64,000 nucleotides of DNA from the NCBI GenBank assembly GCA_964016885.1, contig OZ024750.1, positions 1,984,001 through 2,048,000 of the forward strand. The letters run 5' to 3'. This stretch comes from Eledone cirrhosa. Lineage: Eukaryota. A program made the translations under genes and the position numbers. Within the stretch, counting starts at the first letter, position 1; each line of letters opens with the position of its first letter. Below, one piece after another: positions 23,629 through 35,849 of the stretch. Under the pieces are notes generated by a model. It was not told the DNA's origin, did no database searches, and saw only the letters and a list, made by a program, of their open reading frames with translations.

Positions 23629-26600
23629 GTGAGTATCAGCTTCAAATATTGATGCTTTTATTTTCTCTGACATTATCACAGTAATACTGTGTAATACTGA
23701 CGTTTGTAATCATATATGTATGTAAAAGGTAAACAGAAATGACCACACAATCGGTACAGTATATGGAAGGGATATATTAGGTTAACGCTTGATATAGCAG
23801 GAAGAGGGTCTTAACGTTTCGGACGCTAGTCCTTCATCAGAAGAAAGAATGGGACATAAGGTTGATTGAAGGAACAGGCAAGGTGGAATCGTTTGAGAGT
23901 GGAATGGAGCTGGCAGAGAAAAGATTTGAAATTGAGTAAGATGAAGGTACTGGGGAGAGAGAGAAATAGACAGGTGAGAAGAAGTTGGAGTAAGAAGAGT
24001 ATAGTGGAGGAAAAGTGATAGAGAGTCATGGTATATTTAGATAATGCAAGAAGCAAAGAAAATATCAACGTATAACCCATGCAAACATGGTAAACAGATA
24101 AACGGTGATGTAATGATGATGACAACAACAACAATGATGTGTGTGTGAGTGTATGTCTGCATATGAGTGTGTGTGTGTGTATAGGTACAAATCGCAGAAC
24201 CATTTGTGACCAAAGATGGGCTTTACTCTTACTAAAATAGTAACTTAATGGTTTTTATATAAAATCATATTGGAAGATTTTGATATAAATAGAAACCCTT
24301 TAAAATGAGAGGGGGGTGATTTATAAAACCAGGGTCACTTTTGGCCAGCTTGTTATCAAAAGGGTTAAAGGGTACTTTATTTTTAATTTAAAAACATGTT
24401 TTACACAAAGTTATTTATACAATGATACAATATCAATTTTGGCTACAAATAAAGCTGACATTACTTTACTACAGATGTACTAATAAAGCTGTCATTACTT
24501 TGGCTACAGATGTACTAATAAAGCTGTCATTACTTTGACTACAGATGTACTAATAAAGCTGTCATTACTTTGGCTACAGATGTACTAATAAAGCTGTCAT
24601 TACTTTGACTACAGATGTACTAATAAAGCTGTCATTACTTTGGCTACAGATGTACTAATAAAGCTGTCATTACTTTGGCTACAGATGTACTAATAAAGCT
24701 GTCATTACTTTGGCTACAGATGTACTAATAAAGCTGTCATTACTTTGGCTACAGATGTACTAATAAAGCTGTCATTACTTTGGCTACAGATGTACTAATA
24801 AAGCTGTCATTACTTTGACTACAGATGTACTAATAAAGCTGTCATTACTTTGACTACAGATGTACTAATAAAGCTGTCATTACTTTGGCTACAGATGTAC
24901 TAATAAAGCTGTCATTACTTTTCAAAGGTGGTCAAGAACGGTCTGCTGGTATTTTATATTTGGAGTTGATACGAAAGTTTAACAAAAGTGCAATAAAAAC
25001 AGCATGGGTGACTTCTCTATCTGGTGCACTCAGGTTACTTTGTGGTAGGTATTATTATATTATCCTTATTATATTATTATATTATCCTCCTGGCAGTATA
25101 GGCGGTGGATTGGCAGTATCAGTAGAGAGTCGGACGCCGTGTGTTGTAACATAGAGTTACGTCCCTTTGCGGTCTGAGTTCAAATCCCGCCGAGGTTAAC
25201 TTTGCCTTTCATCCTTATGGGGTTGATAAAATAAAGTACCAGTAATGCACTGGGATAATTGCTGGTCATATGCCAAAAGTAGAAACAATAATTATATTAT
25301 CCTTAGTGTACAAGTATCATGTTACAACTTTAAAATTTAGGTTACATTTAGCTGGGGTTTTTTGTATTAATGTTAAAGAATATAACCATGTCGAACCCAT
25401 CTCACAGCGGAACCATAGTTTTGGAGCCCGGTACTGGTTGGCACTGATAAATTTATTTATTTAAACAATTTAAACATTCATCTCACTCACGACTCAAGTT
25501 TACTCGATCCAATGAAGAGTAGTCTTTCAATTTCTCTCTATTTAGTATTATCACTCCAAGATCCATTAAATTTTCTCCCGTGTCAGCTCATAACTTATCC
25601 AGATATGTTGTTGCAGGATGACCTCTACTTATATCTATATATATAAAGTTGTAGTTCCTGTTTGTTTGTTCATGAACTCCTCCTATGGTTTTGGAGATAG
25701 ACCCCCATAACCATGTATATTCTGAAACTACATTGCCCAGGGTACTTGGATAAGTATATTTCATTTTAATCAAAGGGTTTCTGGGGGCACAAAGCCCCAC
25801 TGAAAATCTTATCCCTTCGATTTATATGAAATTTAATCCATGGGTAAATGACAAGATATGATGCCTATTCACACAATTTCAGCAAATTTCAATAATATTA
25901 AGACACCATAATGGAAGCCCATAACTTGAGTATTGGAACCTCTATTATCACAGGGTTTTTCTATTAATTAAATGTAAATCAACAAAAAAAGCACCTCTCT
26001 TTTACAGTAAAATTTGGCTAATTTAGACATTTTACCTATGGCAAAACATCACTAGAAGTATAACAACAAAAGTTATCAACAAAAATCATCATTTCTTACA
26101 AATAAAATGTGTGAAATGCAAGGTGCGGGTAATTCGGCTAGTATATTCATATAGAGCTAGTAAGCCATGACAGATTAGTATGAGACAAGTTCTCTTTATA
26201 AAAACACAAGCATTCTCTATGAATATCAATACAGATACTGTATGTTCTATTTATCAAAGTAAATACTTTATTATTTTACAGGTCCACTGGCCAGTTTCCT
26301 TGGCAACAGATTTTCCCTAAGAAAAGTCAGTTTTGTTGGTGGTATATTCTTAGGTTTAGGATTTTTATTAGGAAGCTTCTCTGATACTTTGCTGTGGTTT
26401 TTCTTCACTTACAGCTTTTTAGGAGGTGAGTTACATCTTAATCTTATTCTAAAACACTGTAAATTTATTATATATAACCTTACAAAAATATTGTTATGAT
26501 ACAAGTAATGTCTCGTAGTATCACACTTATATGTGACTGTTATTAATACTATGTAACCATAAGAAAATAATATCTATATGTTTATCTATCTATGTATCTA

Positions 26601-29600
26601 TCTATCTGTCTATCTATCTATCTGTCTACTCATCTATCAATCTAAACCCCAGTACTGGACTGGTACTGCTTTTATCAATCTCAAAAGGATGAAAGGGCCT
26701 CTAAGAGAAATTTTGCAAGGCAGTACAAAACCCCTTTGTGGCCTGAAGCAGCAAAGATTTTTCTCAAAATGGATATTGTATGGTTGCTGTGGAACCTTAA
26801 CATAAGTATGAGCAGCTGGTTACAGCTGGTTGGAAGAGAAAGAGATGAGAGAATTCTAGCCAGTTGTGGCCAGTTTAAATGCTAAAGGGTTAATATAGTT
26901 CTTTATCTTTCTTGAAGGTTTTGGTAAATCCTTATCCTACACTGCATGTATGGTTACTGTTGGTCACTACTTTGATAAGCACCGTGGTCTAGCTGTAGGA
27001 CTTTCAACTGGTGGAGTAGGTATTGGATTGTTCGTATTTCCACCTTTAACAGAATGGCTTTTCCAAACGTATGGATTCTTTGGTGCTGTGTTGTTGTTGG
27101 CAGGGATATCTTTGAATTTGTGTGTTTGTAGCATGCTGTACCGTCCTCTGCACCCAAGTCAATTAACTGTTAAAACAAGGTATGTATATAATGTGTGTGA
27201 GAGCCCAATGATGCTGTATACTCTACCCCACTCCTACTTTTAATTGTCATATTACTTTTAATTCTATTTACAGTTTTTACAAATGCTCAATAAGTAAATA
27301 ACTTTATAAAAATGTATAAAAGTTATAAAAAAAAAAGAATAAAACTTTATATTCAAACATGTATTGTGTATTGTACAAGTTACTGCAGGATTATATGGTA
27401 ATTTGTTTAAAAAATACAGCCTTTTGAAATATAACCTTTTTGATACACCTTATAATCTGTTTTATTCTAGCTGGAAAACACCTTCACCACAATTAGATCA
27501 AGAAAATGTTGAACTTCTTCCAGCAACTACAAAAGTAAAAGAAACTGAGACAGATGGCAGCAATACAAAGAACCAGCTTCCCAAAACTGTGTTTTCACCA
27601 GCTCCTGTGACGCTTGGAGTTACACCAGAAAGGCCAAACCGAGTATCTATTGCCCACTCTATAAATTATGAACCAATAACTAGTAGAGACAACGGCTGCC
27701 TTCCTTCGTTAAAAAATTTCCTATTAGGAAATAACAAAGTAGAAAATAAACAGCCCTTATTTGACTGCTCTTTGTTAAAAGACTTGCATTTTGCATTATT
27801 TTTGTTCGGCATTTTATTTCAGACCTTTGCGTATCATTCCATCTCTATTTTTATCCCAGCTCTTGCTATACAAAATGGTGTAGATAAAATGAATGCTGCC
27901 TTTCTTATGTCAATCTTAGGAATTAGTGATGTTATCAGCCGTATAGGCATAAGTATTATTTTGGACTTGAAATATATCAAACCATATCGCAGGTTAGTGT
28001 TTAAATACATTCTTATATTTCCGCATCTTTATCATCCTCCTCATCATCATTTTATATCTATTCTCCTTTGCTGCTATGGACTGGATGGGTCCTTAATTGC
28101 CTTCGCTCCATATACATTAAAAAAATCCTCGATTTCATTTTAGTATTCATCCTAGCTCTCAGCACTTTTGAGTTCAAATTCTGCTGAAGTCAACTTTGCC
28201 TTTCATCCTTTCTGGGTGGATAAAATAAAATGGATTAGTGAAAATATCAGGGTCGGCTGAAAGGTTCATAGGCTGACCAAGATACTCTCATCAAATGACC
28301 AAATGAGTCTTACTTTTCAACATAGTTCCTAGAAAGAGACAATGCAATTATTAAGAAGTGTTGAAATAAATACATGCAAGATTTCACAGCTTTAGCATTA
28401 CTCCTTCATAGAAACCCAATGAACTTTTCAGCCAACCTTTGTTCCAGTTCTTTGTATTGTGAGTTCAAATCCAACTGTACCTTTCTTAGGTAGAAAACTT
28501 AATTTATTGCCCAGTTTAACGCAACCACAAAACCCACAGGGGCTTTTAACAGAGTTCATATTGTTACAAGCATTTAGACCAAGTCTTCTTTTTGAGGATA
28601 TTTTCACCAATCCCACTAGTCTTGGAGTCCCTGAGAAGGAGCAAGAGCACAATATTTCCCTCCCTGACTAAACAGTAAAATAAAAATAAATTACTTTGAA
28701 GAACTACAATTAAATACTTTCTTCTATTTACAGGTACTGCTACACTTTGATTTGTTTTTTAAATGGCGTTCTTAGCTTTATGTATCCTTTGGCAACCACA
28801 TATTCAGAATTTGTTGTCATCAGTGTACTATATGGTTTCCTGGGTGGTGCATATGTATCCCAGAAGTCTGTTATACTTGTTGATCTATTAGGTGTCGAAA
28901 AATTATCTAGTTCGTTTGGATGGACAACTTGCTTCCAAGGAATTGGTGCCTTAATCGGGCCTCCAATAGAAGGTATGTAGAAATCAAACTAACATTTAAC
29001 TTATGTTGAATAGTATTATGGGTGGTGGGTTGGCAGAATCATTAGTGTTGGACAAAATGCCTTTGTGGTATTTCTACTGGTGGTTGGGTTTGTGGAGTTT
29101 GAGTCAGAAAATATGGATGAGATTTGAGATAAGAATTATGGATGATGTCTTGGATCTAGTATAGACATTTAGTTCATAATTAGCTTCGTTTTAATGAGTG
29201 TATTAATTATGAGTTTGGCATTCAATGGTCTTATCTACTGACTGTTTTATTAATTATTGGCTTTGTTTTGGGAGCATATCAGTAGAGGGTTGGACACCAT
29301 GTTTTGCAGCATGGAGTTACGGCCCTTTGCAGTCTGAGTTCAAATCCCGCCGAGGTTAACTTTGCCTTTCATCATTACGGGGTTGATAAAATAAAGTACC
29401 AGTAATGTATTGGGTATAATTGCTGGCCTTGTGCCAATAGTAGAAACAATTATCTCCATATAAGGACATTCAGTGATTACTTCACATGTGTTCTAGATGT
29501 ATCTATGTCCAGATTAATGTATTTGGCAGTCATATTTATTTATATTGTTGTTATAATCTTTTTCTTTATTCTTTTCTAGGTAAACTCAAAGACATATTTG

Positions 29601-29731
29601 TCTCCTATGACTATACATTTTACTTTTCTGCAATCATAATTTTCGTTGGTACTGGCTTTTTATTCACAAGCAATGTTATATATTGCTTTCAAGAACGGCA
29701 GAAGAAAGCAGCTACACGTCAAGATTCCTAA
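23478..29731 (+). CDS. SLC16: Monocarboxylate transporter family (SLC16/MCT, MFS), 7 coding exons, 528 aa
   Basis: Exons 23478-23628, 24928-25044, 26282-26425, 26918-27179, 27471-27992, 28734-28972, 29580-29731 sum to 1587 nt in frame. Signature motifs APDGGWGWFVV, YFDKHRGLAVGLSTGG, DVISR in TM8, DLLGVEKLSSSFG, LIGPPIEG. Exact ortholog not resolvable by eye. Confidence 0.93.
23809..23844 (-). ncRNA. Minimal type I hammerhead-ribozyme motif in a Penelope-like terminal-repeat fragment
   Basis: Reverse complement: TCTT-CTGATGA-A-GGAC-TAGC-GTCC-GAAA-CG-TT-AAGA, with core boxes, 4-bp stem II, palindromic ACGT stem III and TCTT/AAGA stem I. Confidence 0.55.
24440..24921 (+). repeat. 35-bp minisatellite, about 13 copies, abutting the MCT exon 2 acceptor
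   Basis: TACTTTG(G/A)CTACAGATGTACTAATAAAGCTGTCAT. Confidence 0.95.
24928..25044 (+). CDS. SLC16: SLC16 coding exon 2
   Basis: GGQERSAGILYLELIRKF...TAWVTSL...LLCG; ttttcaaag acceptor, G|GTAGGT donor. Confidence 0.88.
25101..25291 (+). mobile_element. SINE family A copy (MCT intron 2)
   Basis: Full-length match to family consensus. Confidence 0.85.
25634..26141 (+). mobile_element. Non-autonomous Helitron-like element (MCT intron 2)
   Basis: A|TCTATATATATAAAG..GTTTGTTTGT 5' end, GCGGG..CGGCTAG|T 3' end, inserted between A and T with no TSD; the 3' hairpin is degenerate. Confidence 0.55.
26282..26425 (+). CDS. SLC16: SLC16 coding exon 3
   Basis: GPLASFLGNRFSLRKVSFVGG...FFTYSFLG; ttttacag acceptor, G|GTGAGT donor (absent from ORF track). 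Confidence 0.9.
26918..27179 (+). CDS. SLC16: SLC16 coding exon 4
   Basis: GFGKSLSY...YFDKHRGLAVG...LYRP; AG|GTATGT donor. Confidence 0.92.
27471..27992 (+). CDS. SLC16: SLC16 coding exon 5 (central loop, TM7-8)
   Basis: ttctag acceptor; LFDCSLLK..F; FLMSILGISDVISR; AG|GTTAGT donor. Confidence 0.9.
28247..28442 (+). mobile_element. Mariner-type MITE copy (MCT intron 5)
   Basis: Same family. Confidence 0.8.
28734..28972 (+). CDS. SLC16: SLC16 coding exon 6
   Basis: LYGFLGG...DLLGVEKLSSSFGW...GPPIEG; tttacag acceptor, G|GTATGT donor. Confidence 0.92.
29276..29451 (+). mobile_element. SINE family A copy (MCT intron 6)
   Basis: Match to family consensus. Confidence 0.8.
29580..29731 (+). CDS. 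SLC16: SLC16 coding exon 7 (TM12, stop)
   Basis: GKLKDIFVSYDYTFYFS...QDS*; ttttctag acceptor. Confidence 0.9.
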
Positions 29732-29797
29732 CAGCAATAACAGTAAATGTTCCATTTTATTGTAACTGCTCATTTCAACCAGAAAGAGACTGACATA

Positions 29798-30002
29798 TAA
29801 GGGTCAGCTGAAAAGTTCATAGGCTGACCAAGATACTCTCATGGAATGATCAAATGAGGTTTTTGGGTTTTTTTTTAACAAAGTTCCTGGAAAGAAACAA
29901 TGTAGTTACAAATAAGAAGAGTTGAATTAAATAAATGCAAGATTTCACAGCTCTAGCATCAATCCTTCATAGTCAGCCTATGAACCCTTCAGTTGACCTT
30001 CA
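29798..30002 (+). mobile_element. Mariner-type MITE copy just after the MCT stop codon
   Basis: Same family, both TIRs present. Confidence 0.85.
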
Positions 30003-30529
30003 TAATTACTTTTAAAAGAATTTACATTAAAAAGTACTTGAAGTACATTTTGTAGGACTCTACCAACCAGTATTACTATTTTCCCTTTGAATACAGCCAC
30101 TGGTTTGTAACACAATGTATATAGACTGGACAAGAGAAATCTGTGCCTTTTAAGGGATATTTTTATATATATTTATTTATTTAGTCTCTTTGTAATATGT
30201 AATTCCTTTACAAACCTTTCCATTCTACATACATGGGTCTCGATACATTTTATTGCAAAAATATGCTTGTGTTTAATTTTTATTGTTATTTATTTATTTT
30301 ATTTTATTTTATTTTTATTAGCCTTTAGCGTGCTAGTAATTTATATGAGTTATTTCCCTTGACACTACATTATTTATTAAAGGGAAATTACTCTATGGTG
30401 CATTACATCACCAACGGCGAGCTAAAGGCTTTGTCTATATTGCTTCTTAAGGTCATTCTACCATTCATAAAAAATGTTTGACTAGTAATCGGTAGAGTTA
30501 ATATAACTTCATTGCTTGGATGCTTTGGT

Positions 30530-30561
<32 letters not shown>

Positions 30562-30719
30562 TACTGCATTTCCATGCTGGCATGGGTTAGACAGGCTTTT
30601 CTGAGGTAATTTTTTTTACAGCTGGATACTCTTCTTGACACCAACCCTTTTAGTTGCTTCTTACAACATGCAAGTATACAGTGTAGTTCTTTTAAACTGG
30701 ATACACATGGATTATATAT

Positions 30720-31178
30720 GGCTTTCATCCTTACGAGGGTCGATACAATAAAGTACCAGTAATGTACTGGGTATTTGCTGGTCGTGTGCCAAAAGTAGAA
30801 ACAATTATTATTATTATTGGTGGATTGGCAGTATCGGTAGAGGATCGGACGCCATGCTTTGAAGCATAGAGTTACGTCCCTTTATGAGTTCAAATCCCGT
30901 CGAGTTTAACTTTCATCCTTACAGGGTTGATAAAATAAAGTACCAGTAATGAACTGGGTAATTGCTGGCCTTGTGCCAAAAGTTGAAACAATTATTATTA
31001 TTATTAAAGCATAGAGTTACGGCCCTTTACGATCTGAATCAAATCCTGCCACAGTTAGCTTTGCTTTTCATCCTTACAAGGTTGATAAATAAAGCCCCAG
31101 TAATGCACTGGGGTCAATTTAATCAACTTTTGCTTCTCCTAAAATGGTTGGCCTTGTACCTAAAGTAGAAACAATTAT
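30720..31178 (+). mobile_element. Head-to-tail cluster of three SINE family A copies
   Basis: Three core+tail units separated by (TAT)n tails. Confidence 0.8.
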
Positions 31179-31488
31179 TTAGAGATTGCTGTAACAGGTA
31201 GAGAATAATAGTGGAGAGGTTTATCTTTCAACACCTTCTTCTACTTATTCCTGAGAAGGTCGTTGGGGCAAAGTCCTCAAACACTCCCTCCAGTGGGTCC
31301 TGTCAGAAGCTTTCAACACCAGACATATTTAAATATAGTGCTGACATATGGTTTACTTTGGGATAAATTTGACTTTTGACTCTTATGTATTATTTTAATG
31401 AGTTCAGCTACTGAAAAAAAATATTTGATTTGTGATCTCCTGACAGGCACAGTAAAATACAGCAACAACACAGCTAACCCATAGGAGC

Positions 31489-31755
31489 ATGATGATGGTG
31501 GTGGTGGTTGCGGTGGTGGTGGTGGTGGTGGTGGTGGTTGCGGTGGTGGTGGTGGTGGTTGCGGTGGTGGTGGTTGCGGTGGTGGTGGTGGTGGTTGCGG
31601 TGGTTGCGGTGGTGGTGGTGGTGGTGGTGGTTGCGGTGGTGGTGGTGGTGGTTGCGGTGGTGGTGGTTGCGGTGGTGGTGGTCGTCGTAGTGGTGGTGGT
31701 GGTGATAGTGGTGGTGGTGGTTGCGGTGGTGGTGGTGGTGGCAGTGGTGGTGGTA
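31489..31755 (+). repeat. (GGT)n/GTTGCG microsatellite
   Basis: Direct observation. Confidence 0.9.
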
Positions 31756-32134
31756 GAGATAGTCATAGAGGCGCTGTATTGACACACAGTGTTTCTCAAA
31801 CATTTTAAAACCTGGCAGAGCCCATCTCCTCTCAATTCTGAATACAGCAGATTTCTTCCAGAGAAGGAAAGAGAGAGTGAGAGAGAATGGAAGTGAGAAA
31901 GAGATATAGGGGAAGAATTGACCCCAGTATTTGACTGGTACTTTTTTTTATTCGCCTTGAATGGATGAAAGGCAAAGTTGACCTCAGCAGGATTTGCACT
32001 CAGAGATCAGAGAGCTGGAATACCATAAAACAGTCTACCCGATGTTCTAGTCACTATTCACTGCCATTGTCAAAATATACATAGAATTAAACAAATAAAA
32101 TATTACAGTTATTATTCATGCTCATTAAAACCAC

Positions 32135-32430
32135 CTCCATATGCAGGAGAGAAGACTGTTGGTTTGGACATGTGATGTGCACGAACAATGATCGTTGGGT
32201 GAAGAAGTGCCAAGAAATGCCAGTGGAAAGAAGCCACCATAGAGGTAGAGTAAGAAAGACCTGGGCAGAGGTTGTGAAATGTTACCTCAAATTTCTCAGA
32301 CTCACAGAGGAGATGACGAAGGAACACAACAAGGGGAGAAATGCCTCCATTGAGAAAGAACCATCCAACCCATGGAAAAACGGATGTAAAAAAACGATGG
32401 TGATGATGATGATGAAGATGATGATGATAT
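32135..32430 (+). mobile_element. RTE LINE 3' fragment
   Basis: WFGHVM..N.DRWVKKC...RGRVRKTWAEVVK, (GAT)n tail. Confidence 0.8.
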
Positions 32431-32539
32431 ACACTAATGGTTTAACTTGCTTCAGAAGTACCTTTTATTACAATTGGAAATATTTAGATGGATTGCATGT
32501 ATTACATTTAATACAAATATTTGTATTCATTTCATTTCA

Positions 32540-32862
32540 TTTTACGTCCGCTTTTCCCTGCTTGCAAGGGTGGGACGGGAACTGATTCTGGCTTGATTTC
32601 TACAGCTGGATGCTCTTCCTAACACCAACCTCATTTACAGTGAGTGCTGGGTACTTTTTTGCCGTGGCACCTCCACGACCACTTTGCAGTGGAATGATAT
32701 GGACCTCAGTCCCTATCATCTCATTTCTACAGCTGAGTAAACTGGAGCAATGTGAAATAAAGTGTCTTGCTCAAGGAAACAACATATCACCCGGTCTGAG
32801 AATTGAACTCACAACCTTTCGATTGCAAGGCCAATGCTCTAACCACGAAGCCATGTGCCTCC
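32540..32862 (-). mobile_element. SINE family B with RTE-type tail
   Basis: Reverse complement of 51519-51860. Confidence 0.8.
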
Positions 32863-33155
32863 ATGTGTATGTGTGAAACATTAATACATGTGTATATATA
32901 TATATGTCTTTATAAGAGAGGCTTTAGCAGTCATATATCTGGGAGCAATGAGTATTTGTTCTTTTAATGAGAAACATATTTTTATATGTGGTGAGGTGGG
33001 TAATATAGAGAAGGATCAACTTTCAGGCAAAATATTTTGACCTCAAATATTCAGTTAGATTGGGTGAGAAAGAAGATATTTGCTGCTAAGCTGAAATGCC
33101 AAACTGTTCTCATGGTAATGGGGGAGGTTGCTGCTTTGTTGTTGTTGTTGCTTTC

Positions 33156-33209
<54 letters not shown>

Positions 33210-33420
33210 TGTAAAACCCCGACCACGGTGCCAAACGGTTTCGGCTATATATATATATAGTTAATAAATGAAATAAAACAAAACACAGGAAGCAAAATTA
33301 CACAGTTATATTAGTTTCACGCTTGGAGGAAGTGGAGGAGGTTTCAACGTTTTGGACAGAATTCTTTCTTCAGAAAATTTCAGATAGGGAGAGAACAGAT
33401 TATTTATATATATATATATA

Positions 33421-33617
33421 CAAGGGTTGGTTGAAGAGTTGATAGGCTGACCAAGATACTCTCATGGAATGACCAAATGAGGTTTATTTTTCAACATAGT
33501 CCCTGGAAAACAACACTGCAATTATTAATAAGAAGAGATGAAATAAAAACATGCAAGATTTTACAGCTCTACATCACTCCTTCATAGTCAGCCTATGAAC
33601 TCTTTAACCAACCCTCA
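33421..33617 (+). mobile_element. Mariner-type MITE copy
   Basis: Same family, inserted in (TA)n. Confidence 0.85.
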
Positions 33618-33631
33618 TATATTTTATCATG

Positions 33632-33818
33632 GCATTTGGCAGTATCGGTAGAGAGTCAGACGCCATGCTTTGCAGCAAAGAGTTACGGCCCTTTCTGATC
33701 TGTGTTCAAATCCTGCCAAGGTTAACTTTACCTTTCATCATTACAGGGTCGATAAAATAAAGTACCAGTAATACACTAGGATAATTGCTGGCCTTGTGCC
33801 AAAAGTAGAAACAATTAT
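33632..33818 (+). mobile_element. SINE family A copy
   Basis: Match to family consensus. Confidence 0.8.
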
Positions 33819-33914
33819 CTTATATTGACTCTAATAAAGTAGATTGTGATATATTGTTAATCCATGTTTTTTAGCAGGGAAGCGGATCTTAAAATGACAA
33901 TGATGATGATGATG

Positions 33915-34250
33915 ATTGGTAAAGAGACCCCTTTCGGTCACGAATGACCGAGGGATTTGCACCTAGAAAGTTTCCTTTAGAGGCACAAGTCCAGGCAAGG
34001 TTGTTTATGGAAGACCAGCAGTCGCCCATTCATACCAGTCTCCCCTCTCCACTGATGATGTCCCAGGGAAAGGTAATGACTGATACAGCTTGGCACCAGT
34101 GATGTTGCAACTCATTTCTACAGCTGAGTAAACTGGAGCAACGTGAAATAAAGTGTCTTGCTCAAGAACACAATGCATCACTCGGTCCAAGAATCAAACT
34201 CACAACCTTCTGATTGCAAGCCCAATGCTCTAACCACTCAGCCACACACC
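33915..34250 (-). mobile_element. SINE family B with a different 3' tail
   Basis: Same head/core; partial relatives at 14500-14712 and 18020-18180. Confidence 0.75.
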
Positions 34251-35584
34251 TAGGAAAATCAACAAAGAGAGGACAAGACAACGAACAAAAGCAAGGCAAA
34301 ATGAAAAACAATTTTTTAAGTGGAAACCTTAGAAAATTATATTTTTAAGAATAAAAATACAAATGAAAGACAGAGAACTCCAGGGTCGTTGGCTGTTGAG
34401 GACCCCTACCAATGGTACTACTGTTCCACCCGGGGTCACATTTGAGCTCAATGAAGATAATAATAACTACAAATAAGTTTACAACTTAATGTCTATAGGA
34501 GCTTCCTGTATACTAACAATCTAGTTCTCATAGCAGAGATGATAACTCAAAGTCAGACAGATTGAACAGGTTTGAATACAAGGCCCTGTCGGTAAGTATA
34601 TAAAGACTACAATTCTATTTATATTCATTGTCATTGTTATGTAAGTTGGGAAACAACTCATACTTCTCTCGTTCCAATGAGACTTCTAAATTTGCTGCTT
34701 ATTTCACTGAAAATAATACAATAAAAACTCACCCACATTGTGTAATTTTCACTTTTGTAAGACTTCCCTTATTACTAAGCAACAAACACCTGAATGTTTC
34801 AGCAGCCACAATGCTATCATTAGTTTCCCTGCCAATATCAATTATTTGACTTTAAGTAACAGAACTTGTTCATTACTTGCAATAATTAATCCTATTAATT
34901 TCTATCATTTAGTGTTGCTCATACACTAAATTATCCTTAATTACGCAAGTTTGTGTGGTGTACTTAAATATACTGTTTGTTCTCAGTCTCATTAAGATCT
35001 TACTGTATATAATTAACCAGTACAAGCCAAGGAGGGAGCCTCTGCATGCTCGCTCAACTTGTTAAAAATAGCAGCTAAATCTCACTCTAATCATATCCTA
35101 CCATATTAAAATAAAAACAGAACACGGTATTAAATAATATAATTTGAGATAAGTGATGTCTGGAAATATCAGATAGTCATGGTTACAATGTCTTTGATCT
35201 TAGGTTTGTTATATCAGGGCTGACTCGGGGCTAAATATTAATGGTATCAACTGGTATTACTTTTCAGTGTCTGAAGTTTGACAGCAGATGGTGTTTTTAA
35301 TGGTCAGAGAAAGCAGGGCAGTGCCCGTGCCACTAGAGGCCCCAACTGTGGTGCAAGGACATAAGGACATTATCTTCAGACTAGAGACCCAGCCTCTTTT
35401 GACATGCAGGGATATGGTGTACTTATTTTAAAAACTGGGATACACATGGCATTATATATATGCATCTATCTATCTAAGAAAGAAACATATCTATCTATCT
35501 ATCTATCTAAGATATCTATCTATCTATCTATTTATCTAAGATATATATCTATCTATCTATATATCTAAGATATCTATCTATCTA

Positions 35585-35651
<67 letters not shown>

Positions 35652-35849
35652 TCTTCATCACATTCATTCACGCTAGCATGGGTTAGACGAGTTGTCCTGT
35701 TGTGAGACAAATCAGATCTGGTGACCGTGTCTTACTCATACAGAACTGTTTCTAGCTTGGTTTCTATGGTTGGATGCCCTTCCTAATAACAACCACATTT
35801 ATAACATGGACTGGATGCCTTTGATTGTGGTACCAAAACAACCAACTCA

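Noticed and set aside
24440-24921. CRISPR-like array (35-bp repeats)
   Set aside because: The units are head-to-tail with no unique spacers, there are no cas genes, and the context is a eukaryotic intron; it is a minisatellite.
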